Of a stretch of DNA of 64,000 bases, positions 1 to 9,940 are shown piece by piece; the stretch's first letter is position 1, and each line of letters begins with the position of its first letter. The notes under the pieces are model-generated. The model ran no database searches. It worked only from the letters and a program-made list of their open reading frames with translations, and was not told the DNA's origin. Origin of the DNA: an uncultured Myxococcales bacterium (GTDB lineage: Bacteria > Desulfobacterota > Binatia > UBA1149 > CAYXZP01); the NCBI GenBank assembly GCA_964469485.1, contig CAYXZP010000001.1, forward strand, positions 3,660 to 67,659, given 5' to 3'. The position numbers and the translations under genes were made by a program.

Positions 1-631
1 GGATAAGGGGTGGCATGCCGGGGCCCCCTTCGATTTCGCCGCCGCCTACGCCGACCCGGATGCGGTTCCGGAGGTGATCTCGAGCGGCCGCTACCGCACC
101 ACACAGACGGCGCTCGGCCGGCAAGGGGCGCTGTCGGTCGCAGCCGCGATGAGACTCATGCGCGACCATTACGATGGCGGACCCGACTACCTTCGGCGCG
201 AAGATCCGGCCGTGGAGATCTATTACAGCCTGTGCATGCACGCCGACCCGGTCGGCACGACCACCGCTTCCATGATCACGGAACTCGGTGCACAGCGGCC
301 ATTGTTGGTATGGGTCGCGCTGGGCAATCCCTGCGCGAGCGTCTACACGCCCGTGGTCGTCGGCGTCAGACCGCCGGAGGAACTTCTCACCGGCGGCCGC
401 GAGCCCGGGCCAAGCTCGGCCTGGTGGCGGTTCCGTACCTTGGTCGAAGCCCTCGAGGCCGATCCGGTCCGCCTGGCCCCGCTGCTACGCGAACACTGGC
501 GGGCGGTCGAGGAGAAGCTGGCCCGGCTGGCCGCGGCCGTGGACAGGGACAGCGCCCGGGCCTTCATGGAAGAGGCCTGGCGCTTGGTGTCGGGTAAGCT
601 CGGTGAGGCCCTGCGCCTGGCTAGGGCCTGA
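1..631 (+). CDS. C45-family acyltransferase/hydrolase-like protein, C-terminal fragment (5' end outside window)
   Basis: Frame 2 is open from base 2 (DKGWHAGAPFDF...). The ORF track lists the 74..631 portion. The assignment rests on weak family resemblance only. Confidence 0.35.
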   Translation, partial: DKGWHAGAPFDFAAAYADPDAVPEVISSGRYRTTQTALGRQGALSVAAAMRLMRDHYDGGPDYLRREDPAVEIYYSLCMHADPVGTTTASMITELGAQRPLLVWVALGNPCASVYTPVVVGVRPPEELLTGGREPGPSSAWWRFRTLVEALEADPVRLAPLLREHWRAVEEKLARLAAAVDRDSARAFMEEAWRLVSGKLGEALRLARA

Positions 632-648
632 AGCGACGGCCCTGGCGA

Positions 649-1104
649 TTACTGGCCGGTGAGCGCGGCCTCGGCATCGGTACCGAGAACCATCAGATAA
701 TCTCGTATCGCAAGCACGATCTTGTACTGCTGGTGGGCATCGGGGTCGGAGTAGATCGGGTTCCAGTCGTCGTCCTCGTTGAAGTTGAAGAAGTTCGGCA
801 TCTTTGTGCCGGGCTGAAGCGTCTGCGGGTCTATCATCCAGCGCACTATCCATTCGGGGCGAAGTCTGTCCTTGGCCAAGATGAGGTTGGGGGCGATGAT
901 GTCGTCCGTGAGCGGTTGTCCCGGCTCCGTGGCGTGGCAAAGCGCGCATTGGTAGGCGTCGAACATCTGCTTCCCGAGCTTGGCACTGGCCCGGAACTCC
1001 GGGTTGTCGAGGCGGAAGTAGCGCATCGAGTCCGCTGCCGCGGGTTCGGCCAAGAGACCGCCCGCCACACCGAGGGCCACTACGAGGAACAACGCTTGTT
1101 TCAC
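649..1104 (-). CDS. Small c-type cytochrome (monoheme), secreted
   Basis: CALCH heme-binding motif. A GTG at 1104 gives the start VKQALFLVVALGVAGGLLAEPAAADS, which reads as a signal peptide. An MPNFF motif is present, as seen in class I c-type cytochromes. Confidence 0.6.
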   Translation of the reverse strand: MKQALFLVVALGVAGGLLAEPAAADSMRYFRLDNPEFRASAKLGKQMFDAYQCALCHATEPGQPLTDDIIAPNLILAKDRLRPEWIVRWMIDPQTLQPGTKMPNFFNFNEDDDWNPIYSDPDAHQQYKIVLAIRDYLMVLGTDAEAALTGQ

Positions 1105-1190
1105 TATCGGGTACGCGCCTGCCGGGAGGCCGTGACCAGCAGGGGTACCAAGTCCGCGGCACGCGGGCAAGTGTGGCCGTGGGTGCTGGG

Positions 1191-1219
1191 TTGCCGCGCT
1201 GCATGTGGCTTCCTATACT
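1191..1219 (+). promoter_or_regulatory. Putative sigma70-like promoter (TTGCCG-17-TATACT) upstream of the phasin-like gene
   Basis: TTGCCG at 1191-1196 and TATACT at 1214-1219 with a 17-nt spacer. The ATG at 1242 lies about 22 nt downstream. Confidence 0.3.
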
Positions 1220-1241
1220 CGCGCTTCTGCCGCCGGCAAGC

Positions 1242-1568
1242 ATGAACAGCGAGGACCTCGAGAAGAAGCTCTACGGGCTGGTATCCGAACTGGGCCAGCT
1301 GCTGGCCAGCGAGCGCTTGGCCGAAGCCGTGACCGAACTCATTGCCGGCGCTTCCAAGACCAAGGCCAGCCTCGACCGCAATATCGACGGCCTGCTGAGC
1401 CTGGCCAATATACCGACGCGTTCGGACTATCGCCGTATCGAGACCAAGGTCGACAGCTTGCAGGCCAGCGTGCTGAGCCTGTCGCGCAAGGTCGACCGCC
1501 TCGCCGGCGCCAAGAAGGCCAAGAAGGCCAAGAAAAAACCTAGTGGCTCGCGCTCACGCAAAGCCTAG
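1242..1568 (+). CDS. Phasin-like / PHA-granule-associated-like protein with a histone-H1-like Lys/Ala C-terminal tail
   Basis: MNSEDLEKKLYGL... coiled-coil sequence with an IPTRSDYRRIETKVDSL segment typical of the phasin/PhaF family. The tail is AKKAKKAKKKPSGSRSRKA. Confidence 0.5.
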   Translation: MNSEDLEKKLYGLVSELGQLLASERLAEAVTELIAGASKTKASLDRNIDGLLSLANIPTRSDYRRIETKVDSLQASVLSLSRKVDRLAGAKKAKKAKKKPSGSRSRKA

Positions 1569-2704
1569 GCGGCAGGCCGCTCGGGTCTGCGGCCGAGCCC
1601 CGACCACAGTAGCTCGAGCTCCGGCGGTCCGCTGACATCGCCCGCCAGTTCGTGCACCAAGCCGTAAGCCGGTCTCGGCTCCATTGATCCAGCCAGCTCG
1701 GACAGCTCGCCCAGCACAGCACTTTCGCTCGCGCGCAGGCCCAGCATTTCGGCTTCCATTAGCGCGAGCGCCTCGGTGGTTCCGGCTGGAGCCTCGCTGA
1801 GCGCGGCGGCGAGCCCCGGGCGGCGCCCGCCGTCTCCTGGCGTGACTCGGTTTACGATCAGTGCGGCGACCCTGAGGCCGGCACCGGCGAGTTCCCCGGC
1901 CAACTCGCCGGCCATGGCGGTTCCCCTGCGGTCGGGCCGGGCCACCACCACGAAAGAGCTGTCGGGGCGCCGTAGCATGCGCTCGACCTCGCCGGCGCCC
2001 TGTTCGAGCGCCTCGAGCACGCGGTCGAAACCGTCGATGAACTCAGCCACCTGGCGGCGCAGGGCCATGCCGCTCACCCGCTCTATGACGGTCAGTAGCG
2101 CCCACAGCGTCATGCGGGCCAATCGCGAACCGGCCTTGGCAATAACAAGGGCGGGCTCGGTCAGTATCCTGGTGGCGCCGCTGTCGAGCAGGGCCGTAAG
2201 ACGGGCCGGCGCCGACAAGAGGTCGGACAGGTGCGCGGCCGGCGGAGTATCGATTATGAGAAGGTCCCAGTCCTCATCCTTGTCGAGTTCGTTTATACGC
2301 TGCATGGCCACGTAGGCCTCCGAACCTCCCACGGCGCCCGCGATGGCCTTGTAGATGGGATTGTCGAGCAGGGTGGGGGCCGAGCCCGGCACTAGGGCGG
2401 TCACCATACGGTCGAGCGTGGCCTTGGTGTCGAGCTTCATGGCCACCAAGAGACCGCCGTCGGCTGCGCCTTCGCCCAGCGGGATCTCGCGGGCGAGTCC
2501 GCCGAGCTTGTCGAGCCCGAGGGTATCGGCCAGGCGCGGCGCGGGGTCTACGGTGATAACGGCCACCCGGCGCCCCGCGCGTGCGGCGGCCAGGGCGCTT
2601 GCCGCGGCCAGCGAGGTCTTGCCCACACCGCCCTCGCCGGCGAAGACCAAGAGCGAGTTGTCCTCGAGGACCTTTTCCAGCGGGTGGCCGCTGAGGCCGC
2701 TCAT
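1565..2704 (-). CDS. ArsA/Get3-family (anion-transporting ATPase-like) P-loop ATPase, paralog 2
   Basis: MSGLSGHPLEKVLEDNSLLVFAGEGGVGKTS... The deviant Walker A here has Glu in place of the signature Lys (GEGGVGKTS). The ATG at 2704-2702 overlaps the TGA of the upstream paralog (ATGA). The ORF track merges this gene into a spurious 720-aa ORF. Confidence 0.7.
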   Translation of the reverse strand: MSGLSGHPLEKVLEDNSLLVFAGEGGVGKTSLAAASALAAARAGRRVAVITVDPAPRLADTLGLDKLGGLAREIPLGEGAADGGLLVAMKLDTKATLDRMVTALVPGSAPTLLDNPIYKAIAGAVGGSEAYVAMQRINELDKDEDWDLLIIDTPPAAHLSDLLSAPARLTALLDSGATRILTEPALVIAKAGSRLARMTLWALLTVIERVSGMALRRQVAEFIDGFDRVLEALEQGAGEVERMLRRPDSSFVVVARPDRRGTAMAGELAGELAGAGLRVAALIVNRVTPGDGGRRPGLAAALSEAPAGTTEALALMEAEMLGLRASESAVLGELSELAGSMEPRPAYGLVHELAGDVSGPPELELLWSGLGRRPERPAA

Positions 2705-3456
2705 GGTCTCTCCTCCAGAAAGCGCCGGCCGAGGTCGACCGAGAGCCCTTCGCCCGAGAAGCTGAAGGGTGTCGAAAAAGGAACAGGGTGAAGCTCCGCG
2801 ACCGCCGCCAGCTGGCGGCGACGCCTGGCCAGGTGGAGCAGTGCGTCGGTGGACAGCTCGGTACGCTCGAGCCAGGCGGTCTGTTCCCGGTCGAGGCGTT
2901 CCGGATAGACGCCGTTCAGCAGTAGCCGCGGTGCTATGCCTTCGCCGGTCAGCGCGCGGCAGGTCTGGCGCGCTTCGTTCACGGACATTTCTTCTGGGCT
3001 GGTGACCACGACGACCGACATGCGTGTCTCGTCGGTCACGAAACGGGCCAGCTCGTGGGCCAAACGGCGCGCCGGCCCGACCAGAGCCAATCGCGAAAGA
3101 CGTGCCGGTGCGAGCAACATTGCCAGGGCCTGTCCGGAGGCCTGACCGTCGATGACCAAGCGGTTCCGCTCCGACCGCTGACGGAGAGCGTCCAGGCGGG
3201 CGATGTCGGCCAAGCCCGGGAGTGCCGCTGCCAGGGCCTGAAAACTGCGGCTGTTGCGCAAACGGCGGCTTACGGGGCGCACGCGCACGAGACGGTCGAG
3301 GAGGGCCGCTACCGTTTCGCGCTCGTCGAAGGAGCCGTTGATATCCAGCAGGCGTGCCGGTGCGGCGGCCTCGGCGAGCAGGGCGGCGATGGTCGTCCTG
3401 CCGACCCCGCCCTTGCCCGTCACAAACAGTACCCGCGCCCCGCTCACCGTGGCCAA
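2701..3456 (-). CDS. ArsA/Get3-family P-loop ATPase, paralog 1
   Basis: MATVSGARVLFVTGKGGVGRTTIAALL... The signature Lys is present but the P-loop Lys is replaced by Arg (GKGGVGRTT). Transcribed divergently from glpK. Confidence 0.7.
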   Translation of the reverse strand: MATVSGARVLFVTGKGGVGRTTIAALLAEAAAPARLLDINGSFDERETVAALLDRLVRVRPVSRRLRNSRSFQALAAALPGLADIARLDALRQRSERNRLVIDGQASGQALAMLLAPARLSRLALVGPARRLAHELARFVTDETRMSVVVVTSPEEMSVNEARQTCRALTGEGIAPRLLLNGVYPERLDREQTAWLERTELSTDALLHLARRRRQLAAVAELHPVPFSTPFSFSGEGLSVDLGRRFLEERP

Positions 3457-3528
3457 GACTTAGACGTGGCAGAGGCCACCGGCAAGGCCCGTTGCAATGG
3501 GTCAGGGCGGCGCTAAAACTCCGCGCCG

Positions 3529-5022
3529 ATGAAGCGTTACGTTCTGGCCATAGACCAGGGAACCACGGGTTCGACCGTGATGATATTCGATCGCAGCGGC
3601 TCGGTGGTATCACGCGCCTATTCCGAGTTCCGCCAGCACTACCCGAGGCCCGCCTGGGTCGAGCACGACGCCGAAGAGATCTGGAGCACCACGCACGGGC
3701 TGATCGACAAAGCCTGTCGCAGCGCAAAGGTGGCCAAGGACGAGCTGGCCGCCATCGGGATCACCAACCAGCGCGAGACCACTGTCATATGGGATCGCAG
3801 TAGCGGACGGCCCATCTCAAAGGCCATCGTGTGGCAGGACCGCCGTACCTCGGCGCGTTGCGATAGGCTCAAGGCGGACGGGTTGGAATCGGCGGTACGC
3901 CGCAAGACCGGCCTGATGATCGACCCTTACTTCTCGGCCAGCAAGATCGAGTGGTTGCTGGCCAACACCCGGGGTGCGGCAGCGAGGGCGGCGCGCGGCG
4001 AACTGGCCTTCGGCACCATCGATAGCTGGCTGATCTGGAAGCTCACGGGCGGTTCCTGCCATGTGACCGACTACACCAACGCCTCGCGCACCATGCTGTT
4101 CGACATCCACAAGAAGCGCTGGGACCCGGCTCTGTGCGACATTTTCTCGGTACCCGCCGAGATCCTGCCGGAGGTTCGGCCCTCCTCCGGCGTGTTCGGA
4201 GAGACGGCCCCCGGGCTTGTCGGCCGCAGTCCGCTCCCGATAAGCGGCGTGGCCGGCGACCAGCAGGCCGCGCTTTTCGGCCAGGCCTGCTTCAGGCCCG
4301 GCATGGTCAAGAACACCTACGGAACCGGCTGTTTCATACTCATGTTCACGGGAAAGACGCCCGTGCGCTCCAACAACCGGCTGGTCACCACAATGGCCTG
4401 CGATGCCGCCGGGCGTCCGGCCTATGCGCTCGAAGGCTCTATCTTCATTGCCGGTGCCGCGGTTCAGTGGCTGCGCGACGGGCTCGGCCTGATAGCCCGC
4501 GCGGCCGACAGCGAAACCGCCGCCCGCCGGGTCGACTCCACGCTGGGGACATACCTGGTGCCGGCCTTCGCCGGCCTCGGCGCCCCATACTGGGACGCGG
4601 AGGCTCGCGGAGCGGTGGTGGGCCTAACCCGCGGGGTGACGGCCGACCACATTACGCGGGCCACACTCGAGTCCTTGGCCTACCAGACCCGCGACGTCGT
4701 CGAGGCCATGATGGCCGACTGCGGCCGGCGCATACGGCTGCTCAGGGTCGACGGCGGCGCCACCACCAACGACTTCCTCATGCAGTTCCAGGCCGACATC
4801 CTCGGAGTCACGGTCGACCGGCCCGAGGTGGTCGAGACAACAGCGGCCGGGGCCGCCTTCCTGGCGGGCCTCGGCGTGGGCTTTTGGAAGAATGCCGCCG
4901 ACGTCGAGAAGGCCCGTCGCAGGGACAGGGTGTTCAAACCCGGCATGCGGCCCGGGCAACGGCGCGAGCTTTACCAGGGGTGGCTCGAAGCGGTGTCGCG
5001 CGTGAGCAGCAGTCAGGGTTGA
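3529..5022 (+). CDS. glpK: Glycerol kinase
   Basis: Full-length match to the FGGY sugar kinase glycerol kinase family (MKRYVLAIDQGTTGS..., WQDRRT, GTGCF motifs). Confidence 0.95.
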   Translation: MKRYVLAIDQGTTGSTVMIFDRSGSVVSRAYSEFRQHYPRPAWVEHDAEEIWSTTHGLIDKACRSAKVAKDELAAIGITNQRETTVIWDRSSGRPISKAIVWQDRRTSARCDRLKADGLESAVRRKTGLMIDPYFSASKIEWLLANTRGAAARAARGELAFGTIDSWLIWKLTGGSCHVTDYTNASRTMLFDIHKKRWDPALCDIFSVPAEILPEVRPSSGVFGETAPGLVGRSPLPISGVAGDQQAALFGQACFRPGMVKNTYGTGCFILMFTGKTPVRSNNRLVTTMACDAAGRPAYALEGSIFIAGAAVQWLRDGLGLIARAADSETAARRVDSTLGTYLVPAFAGLGAPYWDAEARGAVVGLTRGVTADHITRATLESLAYQTRDVVEAMMADCGRRIRLLRVDGGATTNDFLMQFQADILGVTVDRPEVVETTAAGAAFLAGLGVGFWKNAADVEKARRRDRVFKPGMRPGQRRELYQGWLEAVSRVSSSQG

Positions 5023-5073
5023 AGCGACCGGGACGGCTTGGTATAGCTCGGGGATTCCGGGAGACCGGAGACC

Positions 5074-5289
5074 ATGAAGGCTGACATACACCCCGAGTAC
5101 CACGAGACCGACGTCGTCTGTGCATGCGGCCACAGCTTCAAGACCCGTTCGACCGTCGACAAGATACACGTCGAGGTGTGCTCGAAGTGCCACCCCTTCT
5201 ACACCGGTCAGCAGAAGATCGTCGACACGGCCGGCCGCGTCGAGCGTTTTCGCAAGAAGTACGAAAAGTTCGGTTACGGCTCCGAGTGA
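5074..5289 (+). CDS. rpmE: 50S ribosomal protein L31
   Basis: [28 protein letters not shown]... with a CxxC...CxxCH Zn-ribbon. Confidence 0.95.
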   Translation: MKADIHPEYHETDVVCACGHSFKTRSTVDKIHVEVCSKCHPFYTGQQKIVDTAGRVERFRKKYEKFGYGSE

Positions 5290-5314
5290 GCCGGGTCATG
5301 TCCGGGCCTGGCGA

Positions 5315-5345
5315 GGGCGGGAGTATAAACTCCGGCCCTTTTTTT
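5315..5345 (+). terminator. Rho-independent terminator after rpmE
   Basis: GGGCGGGAGT-ATAA-ACTCCGGCCC hairpin followed by a 7-T run. Confidence 0.6.
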
Positions 5346-5382
5346 GCGCCACCCCGGCTGTATAACCAGGCCGTTAGCGGCG

Positions 5383-6449
<1,067 letters not shown>

Positions 6450-6453
<4 letters not shown>

Positions 6454-7328
6454 CGGCGCCGGCCGATCGCGTTCTCATGGACTATCTGTCCCTCGCAGCC
6501 GGTTTTCTGGCCGACAAGGGGGTAGAGAGCGCCCGCCTCGATTCCGAACTGATGCTGGCCGAGGTGCTCGGCGTGGACCGGGTCTCCCTGTACACGAACC
6601 ACGACAGGCCCTTATTGCCTCCGGAGGTCGACGGTTTCCGTCGTCTGATCCGCCGGCGGGCGGCACGCGAACCCCTGGCCTACATACTGGGCCGCCGTGA
6701 GTTCCGTTCGACGGATTTTTTCGTCGACCGTCGTGTGCTCATTCCCAGGCCCGAAAGCGAACTTCTCGTGGAGATCGCCGTCGCCGCGGCTCCGGCTTCC
6801 TCCAACGGGACCGGCATCAGCTTGGCCGACGTGGGCACCGGTTCGGGCGTGCTCGCTGTTTGTCTAGCTCTCGAACTGTCCGCGGCCCGCATCCTGGCCA
6901 CGGACCTTTCGGCCTCGGCGCTCGAGGTCGCAACCGAGAACGCCGGTCGCCACGGTGTCGACGGCCGTATCGACTTCGCCCTGGGCGACTGCCTCGAACC
7001 CCTCCACGAACACGGTCCTTTCGCCGCCGTGGTCTCGAACCCGCCCTACGTGAGCGACGACGAGTGGAAGGGGCTCGCGCCCGAGGTCGCGCGCTGGGAG
7101 CCGCCCCTGGCCCTGGCGGCCGGGCTCGAAGGGATGGACATGATCGAACGTCTTATCGACGGAGCGCCTGCGGTGCTCGAACCCGACGGCCTGCTGGTCA
7201 TGGAAGCGGGCACGCAGGCCCGTGCCGTATGCGAGCGAATGCAAGAAGCCTCCTGGCGCGATGTCAGCCTCCACAAGGACCTGGGGGGCCGCGACCGTGT
7301 GATCGCCGGCCGCCGGCCGGTCCCCTGA
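6450..7328 (+). CDS. prmC: Release factor glutamine N5-methyltransferase
   Basis: NPPY motif and SAM-binding VGTGSG motif. Overlaps the prfA stop. Confidence 0.9.
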
Positions 7329-7332
7329 GCAA

Positions 7333-8592
7333 GTGGACAGGATAGTCGTCGAGGGCGGTCGCCGACTGGCCGGAGAGGTCGAGGTAAGCGGTGCCAAGAA
7401 CGCGGCGCTCCCCTTGATATTCGCCAGCCTGCTATGCGACCGGCCCTGCCGCCTTCGGGGTCTGCCCGAGGTGGACGACATAAGGACGGCGCTCGGACTC
7501 CTCGAGCACATGGGCGCGCGTGTCGAGCGCTCGGGCAGCGCGGCGACCATCGATTGCTCAAGGCTCGAGGTGACAGAGGCGCCCTACGAACTGGTGCGTA
7601 CCATGCGCGCATCCTTCCTGGTTCTCGGCCCCCTGCTCGCACGTTTTGGCAGGGCCCGGGTCTCGCGGCCGGGCGGCTGTGCCATCGGCAGCCGGCCGGT
7701 CGACATACACGTGGAAGCGATGTCCGCGCTCGGCGCGCGCGTCGAAGAGGACGGCGGCTACGTGGAGGCCAGGAGCGACCGTCTGGCCGGTTCACACGTC
7801 ATACTGGAGAAACCTTCGGTCGGTGCCACCGAGAATCTCATGATGGCCGCCTCTCTGGCCGAGGGCCGCACCCGCATAGAGAACGCCGCGCGTGAGCCGG
7901 AGATAACGGACCTCGCGCGCGCTCTCACCGCGATGGGGGCCGGTGTCAGCGGTGCCGGGAGCTCGGTCATAGATGTGGAGGGCGTCGAACGGCTCGACGG
8001 CTTCGACCATGACGTCATGCCCGACCGGATAGAGGCGGGCACCTTTCTTGTCGCCGGGGCGATCACCGGCGGCGATGTGACCGTGCGCGGTGCGCGGTCC
8101 TCGGATCTGGCAATGTTCATCGAATGTCTCGAGGCTGCCGGTGCCACGGTGGAGGACCTCGGCGGGTCCGTCCGTGTTAGTGCCGGTGGGCGCGCACGTC
8201 CCGTCGACGTCCGGACCGCGCCATACCCCGGCTTCGCGACCGACCTGCAGGCCCAGTTCATGGCGTTGATGTGCACCGCTTCCGGGGAGTCCGTGATCAC
8301 CGAGACCGTGTTCGAGAACCGCTTCATGCACGTCGGCGAACTGGCCCGCATGGGAGCCGAGATCCGCTTGGCGGGGAACCAGGCCTATGTCAGCGGCAGT
8401 CCCGGCCTTACCGGCGCGCAGGTCATGGCGACCGACCTGCGCGCTAGCGTGTGTCTCGTGCTGGCCGGCCTCGCCGCGCAACAGGAGACCGAGATATCAC
8501 GGGTCTACCATTTGGACCGCGGCTACGAGCGTATCGAGGACAAGCTCAATGCCATTGGCGCTCGCATAGAGCGACGACCGGTGCAAGGCTAG
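7333..8592 (+). CDS. murA: UDP-N-acetylglucosamine 1-carboxyvinyltransferase
   Basis: MDRIVVEGGRRLAGEVEVSGAKNAALPL... Full-length EPSP-synthase fold. Confidence 0.95.
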   Translation: MDRIVVEGGRRLAGEVEVSGAKNAALPLIFASLLCDRPCRLRGLPEVDDIRTALGLLEHMGARVERSGSAATIDCSRLEVTEAPYELVRTMRASFLVLGPLLARFGRARVSRPGGCAIGSRPVDIHVEAMSALGARVEEDGGYVEARSDRLAGSHVILEKPSVGATENLMMAASLAEGRTRIENAAREPEITDLARALTAMGAGVSGAGSSVIDVEGVERLDGFDHDVMPDRIEAGTFLVAGAITGGDVTVRGARSSDLAMFIECLEAAGATVEDLGGSVRVSAGGRARPVDVRTAPYPGFATDLQAQFMALMCTASGESVITETVFENRFMHVGELARMGAEIRLAGNQAYVSGSPGLTGAQVMATDLRASVCLVLAGLAAQQETEISRVYHLDRGYERIEDKLNAIGARIERRPVQG

Positions 8593-8607
8593 GCGCGGGC
8601 CCGCGAC

Positions 8608-9927
8608 ATGTCTGCGAAGAACAAGAACAGGCCGCCATTGGAACTGCTCATCGACGGCCGGGCACCCGCTAGGGCGCGTCTGGCGCGTCTCATGGAACGC
8701 GACCGGGGCGGTTCTTCGGTCGACGCCGAGGTGGCGCGCATCATTGCCAGTGTGCGCCGCCGTGGTGACGGCGCGCTCCTGTCCTACACGAAGAAGTTCG
8801 ACGGAGTGGCCATGCGCGCGCGCGACATCGAGGTGGACCGCGGCGAAATCGAAGAGGCCCGCCGCGAGCTTCCGCGGACGGCCACGGCTGCACTGTCCAA
8901 GGCCAAGCGTCGCATAGAGCGTTTCCACCGCAAGCAACTCGAGCGCGGTTATAAGGTTCGCGAGGCGGGGCTCGTGACGTCGATGCGCGTCTCGGCGCTC
9001 GCGCGCGTCGGGGTCTACGTGCCCGGCGGACGCGCGGCTTACCCGTCGACGGTTCTGATGAACATAGTGCCGGCTCGCGTGGCCGGGGTTGCAGACATAA
9101 CCGTGGTGACCCCGCCCTCGACGGCGGGGGTCGCGCCCGAAGTGCTCGCGGCGGCCGATATCGCCGGCGCCACGCGCGTCCTGCGTATAGGCGGAGCCCA
9201 GGCCGTGGCGGCCCTGGCCTATGGTACCGAGACGGTGGCGGCCGTCGATAAGATCGTTGGGCCGGGCAACCAGTGGGTCGCGGCAGCCAAGCGCGCCGTC
9301 TTCGGGCAGGTCGGCATCGACATGATAGCCGGGCCCACCGAGGTGCTCGTCATCGCCGATTCGAGCGCCGATCCGGCCTGGGTGGCGGCCGACATGCTCG
9401 CGCAAGCCGAACACGATCCGATGGCCGCGGCCGTTTGCCTGACGACCAGCCGGCGTGTGGCCGAACGCGTCAGGGTCGAGCTCGGCCGTCAGCTGGCCGC
9501 CCTCGACCGCGGCTCGGTGGCCGGGCGCTCCATACGCGACTATGGCGCGGTCGTGGTGGTAGCTTCGTTAGCCCGGGCGGTCGAGTTGGCCAACGAGTTG
9601 GCGCCCGAGCACGTCGAGATCATCACCTCGCGGCCCGGGCCTGTGGCCGGCAAGATCCGCAATGCCGGTGCCATCTTTGTCGGCCCTTTCTCGCCCGAAC
9701 CGCTCGGCGATTACGCCGCCGGGCCCAACCACGTGCTACCCACCGGTGGAACGGCGCGGTTCAGTTCGCCGCTCGGAGTTTATGATTTTCTCAAACGAAC
9801 CAGTATCATCGAATCGCGCCGGCGCGGTCTCGAAGAACTTTCGGGCACGATCGTCGAATTGGCCGGTCGCGAAGGCCTCCACGCTCACGCCCGAGCCGTA
9901 CGCGTGAGGCTGGAGGAGGCGGACTAG
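8608..9927 (+). CDS. hisD: Histidinol dehydrogenase
   Basis: Conserved HisD core (GPGNQWVAAAKR, AEHDP). Confidence 0.95.
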   Translation: MSAKNKNRPPLELLIDGRAPARARLARLMERDRGGSSVDAEVARIIASVRRRGDGALLSYTKKFDGVAMRARDIEVDRGEIEEARRELPRTATAALSKAKRRIERFHRKQLERGYKVREAGLVTSMRVSALARVGVYVPGGRAAYPSTVLMNIVPARVAGVADITVVTPPSTAGVAPEVLAAADIAGATRVLRIGGAQAVAALAYGTETVAAVDKIVGPGNQWVAAAKRAVFGQVGIDMIAGPTEVLVIADSSADPAWVAADMLAQAEHDPMAAAVCLTTSRRVAERVRVELGRQLAALDRGSVAGRSIRDYGAVVVVASLARAVELANELAPEHVEIITSRPGPVAGKIRNAGAIFVGPFSPEPLGDYAAGPNHVLPTGGTARFSSPLGVYDFLKRTSIIESRRRGLEELSGTIVELAGREGLHAHARAVRVRLEEAD

Positions 9928-9940
9928 CCCGGCCGGGTCG

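Noticed and set aside
1565-3727. 720-aa ORF on the minus strand
   Set aside because: Its 3' 1140 nt are the real downstream ArsA-like gene. The 5' part runs antisense through the divergent promoter and glpK start and is in a different frame from the upstream ArsA paralog. This is a high-GC read-through artefact.
4134-5084. 316-aa ORF in an alternative frame inside glpK
   Set aside because: Arg/Gly-rich and overlaps a highly conserved gene in another frame.
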